DNA of 63,745 nt, filler included, from Octopus bimaculoides (taxonomy: Eukaryota), in the NCBI RefSeq assembly GCF_001194135.2. It is 6 parts of 6 records of this genome, joined end to end, with 100 filler letters (N's around TTAATTAATTAA, not from the genome) between each part and the next. Parts side by side here need not be neighbours in the genome. Positions count along the whole stretch, not along the records: positions 59,107 to 63,745 come from NC_068989.1; 5 more parts are not named here. One strand, written 5' to 3'. Each line of letters begins with the position of its first letter. The stretch's first letter is position 1. This document shows positions 61,816 through 63,745 of the stretch, piece after piece. The notes under the pieces are model-generated. The model saw nothing but the letters and a program-made list of their open reading frames with translations, did not search any database and was not told the origin of the DNA. The translations under genes were made by a program, and so were the position numbers.

Positions 61816-63524
61816 TGATGATGATGTATAACAGGAAACACAAACATTGAAATTGAACTACAATAAACAGTGACACAGGGATACAGAGGAGAAATGACCA
61901 TTGAAACTTTAATGTAACAGTGAGTACAGTGGAAGTGGGGAGAGAAAGATTTGCACAGAAATGAAAAAAACAAAATGTGCAGAAAACAATATTTGATAAC
62001 AAAATGACAATTGCCAAATTGCAAGAGCAGAGAAGAATAGTGAGGGCAAAAGTGGTTATATAAGTGTACAGCAAAACACAGTGGAAACGCAGATAAACAG
62101 AAAGAGCTCATAAAAGTTGTGCAACCGAAATTCCATGAAGTGATTTGAAAGCTGCATATTAGAAACCTATCAGTGATTTTGTAATTAATTTGTAATTATT
62201 TCTGTAATTACACATGCATTCATGTATGTATGTATGTATGTATGTATGTATGTATGTATGTATGTATGTATGTATGTATGTATGTATGTATGTATGTATG
62301 TATATATGTATGCATGTATCAAATCATCAGTGTTACTCTAATGATCAAATAGGTTGTGATGATGCATTGCTTGCTATCGGAATTCCTCTTTAGTTTAAAC
62401 TTAAACTATAAATATTGAAGTTATGTATTAAATGCTGTTGGCAAGAGCTTAGTAATTTTCCTGCTTTTGAAAAACAAAAAGGAAACAAAGTCTTTAGTGA
62501 TAATAAGTCACTGTATTTAGTGATCACCAATCAGTTATTTACAGTACTTCTAGTGATCAATAATCAATGAATAACAGTGTAATATTTCCAATACATGATA
62601 ACCAATCTCTCATGATGACCAATCAATTAAGGAGTTACATTACTTTCCACACCAAACCCTTAGTTATTTGCTCTATTAACCGAAATTCTTCTTAAGCCAA
62701 TGTCTACTTTGGTTTGTTGTCTGCACCCATCTCTTTGAATTTTTTTTTTATCTAGATCTGATAGTACATTCTCATCACAGGTAATTATACTTTAGCCAAC
62801 CTTTTCTTCTAACCCACACTAGCAATATCTTATATTAAAACAACCCTAGCTATTCTCAAATTTACAATAAATCTTCCACGGCTTATAATCAACTTACTTT
62901 CCTATGAAGTTTACCCAACTGCCAAATAGTATTGCTGTCAAATAAAGCAAGATGTGTCCTATATTCAAACAGGTTTGATATTCTAAATTGTAGGCCCAAA
63001 ACTGTAGATCTTTGAAAAGCTTTAAACATAAAAGTGACCTTGTTTCACTGATAATAATACCATCTTTGTTTTTATATTCTTCATATTTTTTACAACTATG
63101 TTCCCATATTAACACTGGTTCTACAAGTTTTGATATTTTCTAATGCTATAATGTCTTGCCTCATTGCCTTTGTATTAAATACAACAAAACTATTTCATCC
63201 CAACATGAATATTCATGTTTCTTTCAAAATAAGTCTCTAAAGTTATTCATTTTCAAAACTATATAACATATCTTAGCAATTATTACTTCTCTTCTTTTAT
63301 TTCCGAAGTAAACACCCACCTCAATATATACATATACTTAGTATATATATATATATATATAAATTTAAGGAATGGAGTGAACGCATGTTATAACTGCATA
63401 CTTTATTCCGACATATGTTTTGAAGAATTACAAATTATGCGATCCATAAGAATCGTCGATGTTAAAAATGTAAACTTCTCCTCAGGGAAATGTATGGGAA
63501 CCATCTTAAACTAAAGACATTATG

Positions 63525-63620
63525 ACCGAGTATACTTGCCCAAGGTGCCACGCAGTGGGACTGAACCCAAAACCATGTGGTTGGTAAGCAAGCTACTTAC
63601 CACACAGCCACTCCCGCGCC
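63525..63620 (-). mobile_element. Group V SINE head
   Basis: acttgcccaaggtgccacgcagtgggactgaaccc...accatgtggttggtaagcaagctacttaccacacagccac. Confidence 0.85.
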
Positions 63621-63745
63621 TATATATATATATATATATAACATACAAAAATAAGAGGGATGACCAGCAAAAGTGGACTCCTATATGCTAGAAATAGATG
63701 CCGAATCCTCTACAATTTCTACCCTTATTAATAAATTTTATATAT

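Overview
Eukaryotic, AT-rich, repeat-saturated draft-assembly DNA with many N gaps. The SINE families and (TA)n/(TACA)n/(TAA)n density point to an octopus (inference; Octopus bimaculoides-like short-read scaffold). No intact protein-coding gene is visible. Most ORF-track entries are microsatellite or N-gap artefacts. Recognisable content: (1) eight fragments of R4/Dong-type (RLE) non-LTR retrotransposons, most abutting (TAA)n tracts, including one RT-bearing copy; (2) RTE-clade LINE remnants, an L1/Tx1-like endonuclease relic and a CCHC ORF1 relic; (3) a Penelope GIY-YIG relic and at least four degenerate minimal type-I hammerhead ribozyme motifs in unrelated pLTR-like carriers, one in a tRNA-headed fold-back insertion with a 12-bp TSD nested in the Penelope relic; (4) three tRNA-derived SINE groups (about 25 copies); (5) a Tc1 transposase relic with its TIR, a Tigger/pogo-like MITE, a hAT end and small fold-backs; (6) a long palindrome, perfect wherever sequenced, spanning a gap; (7) one plausible + strand terminal exon and weaker exon/microexon candidates. 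All coordinates and translations were read by eye. Family names rest on motif recognition, not database searches.
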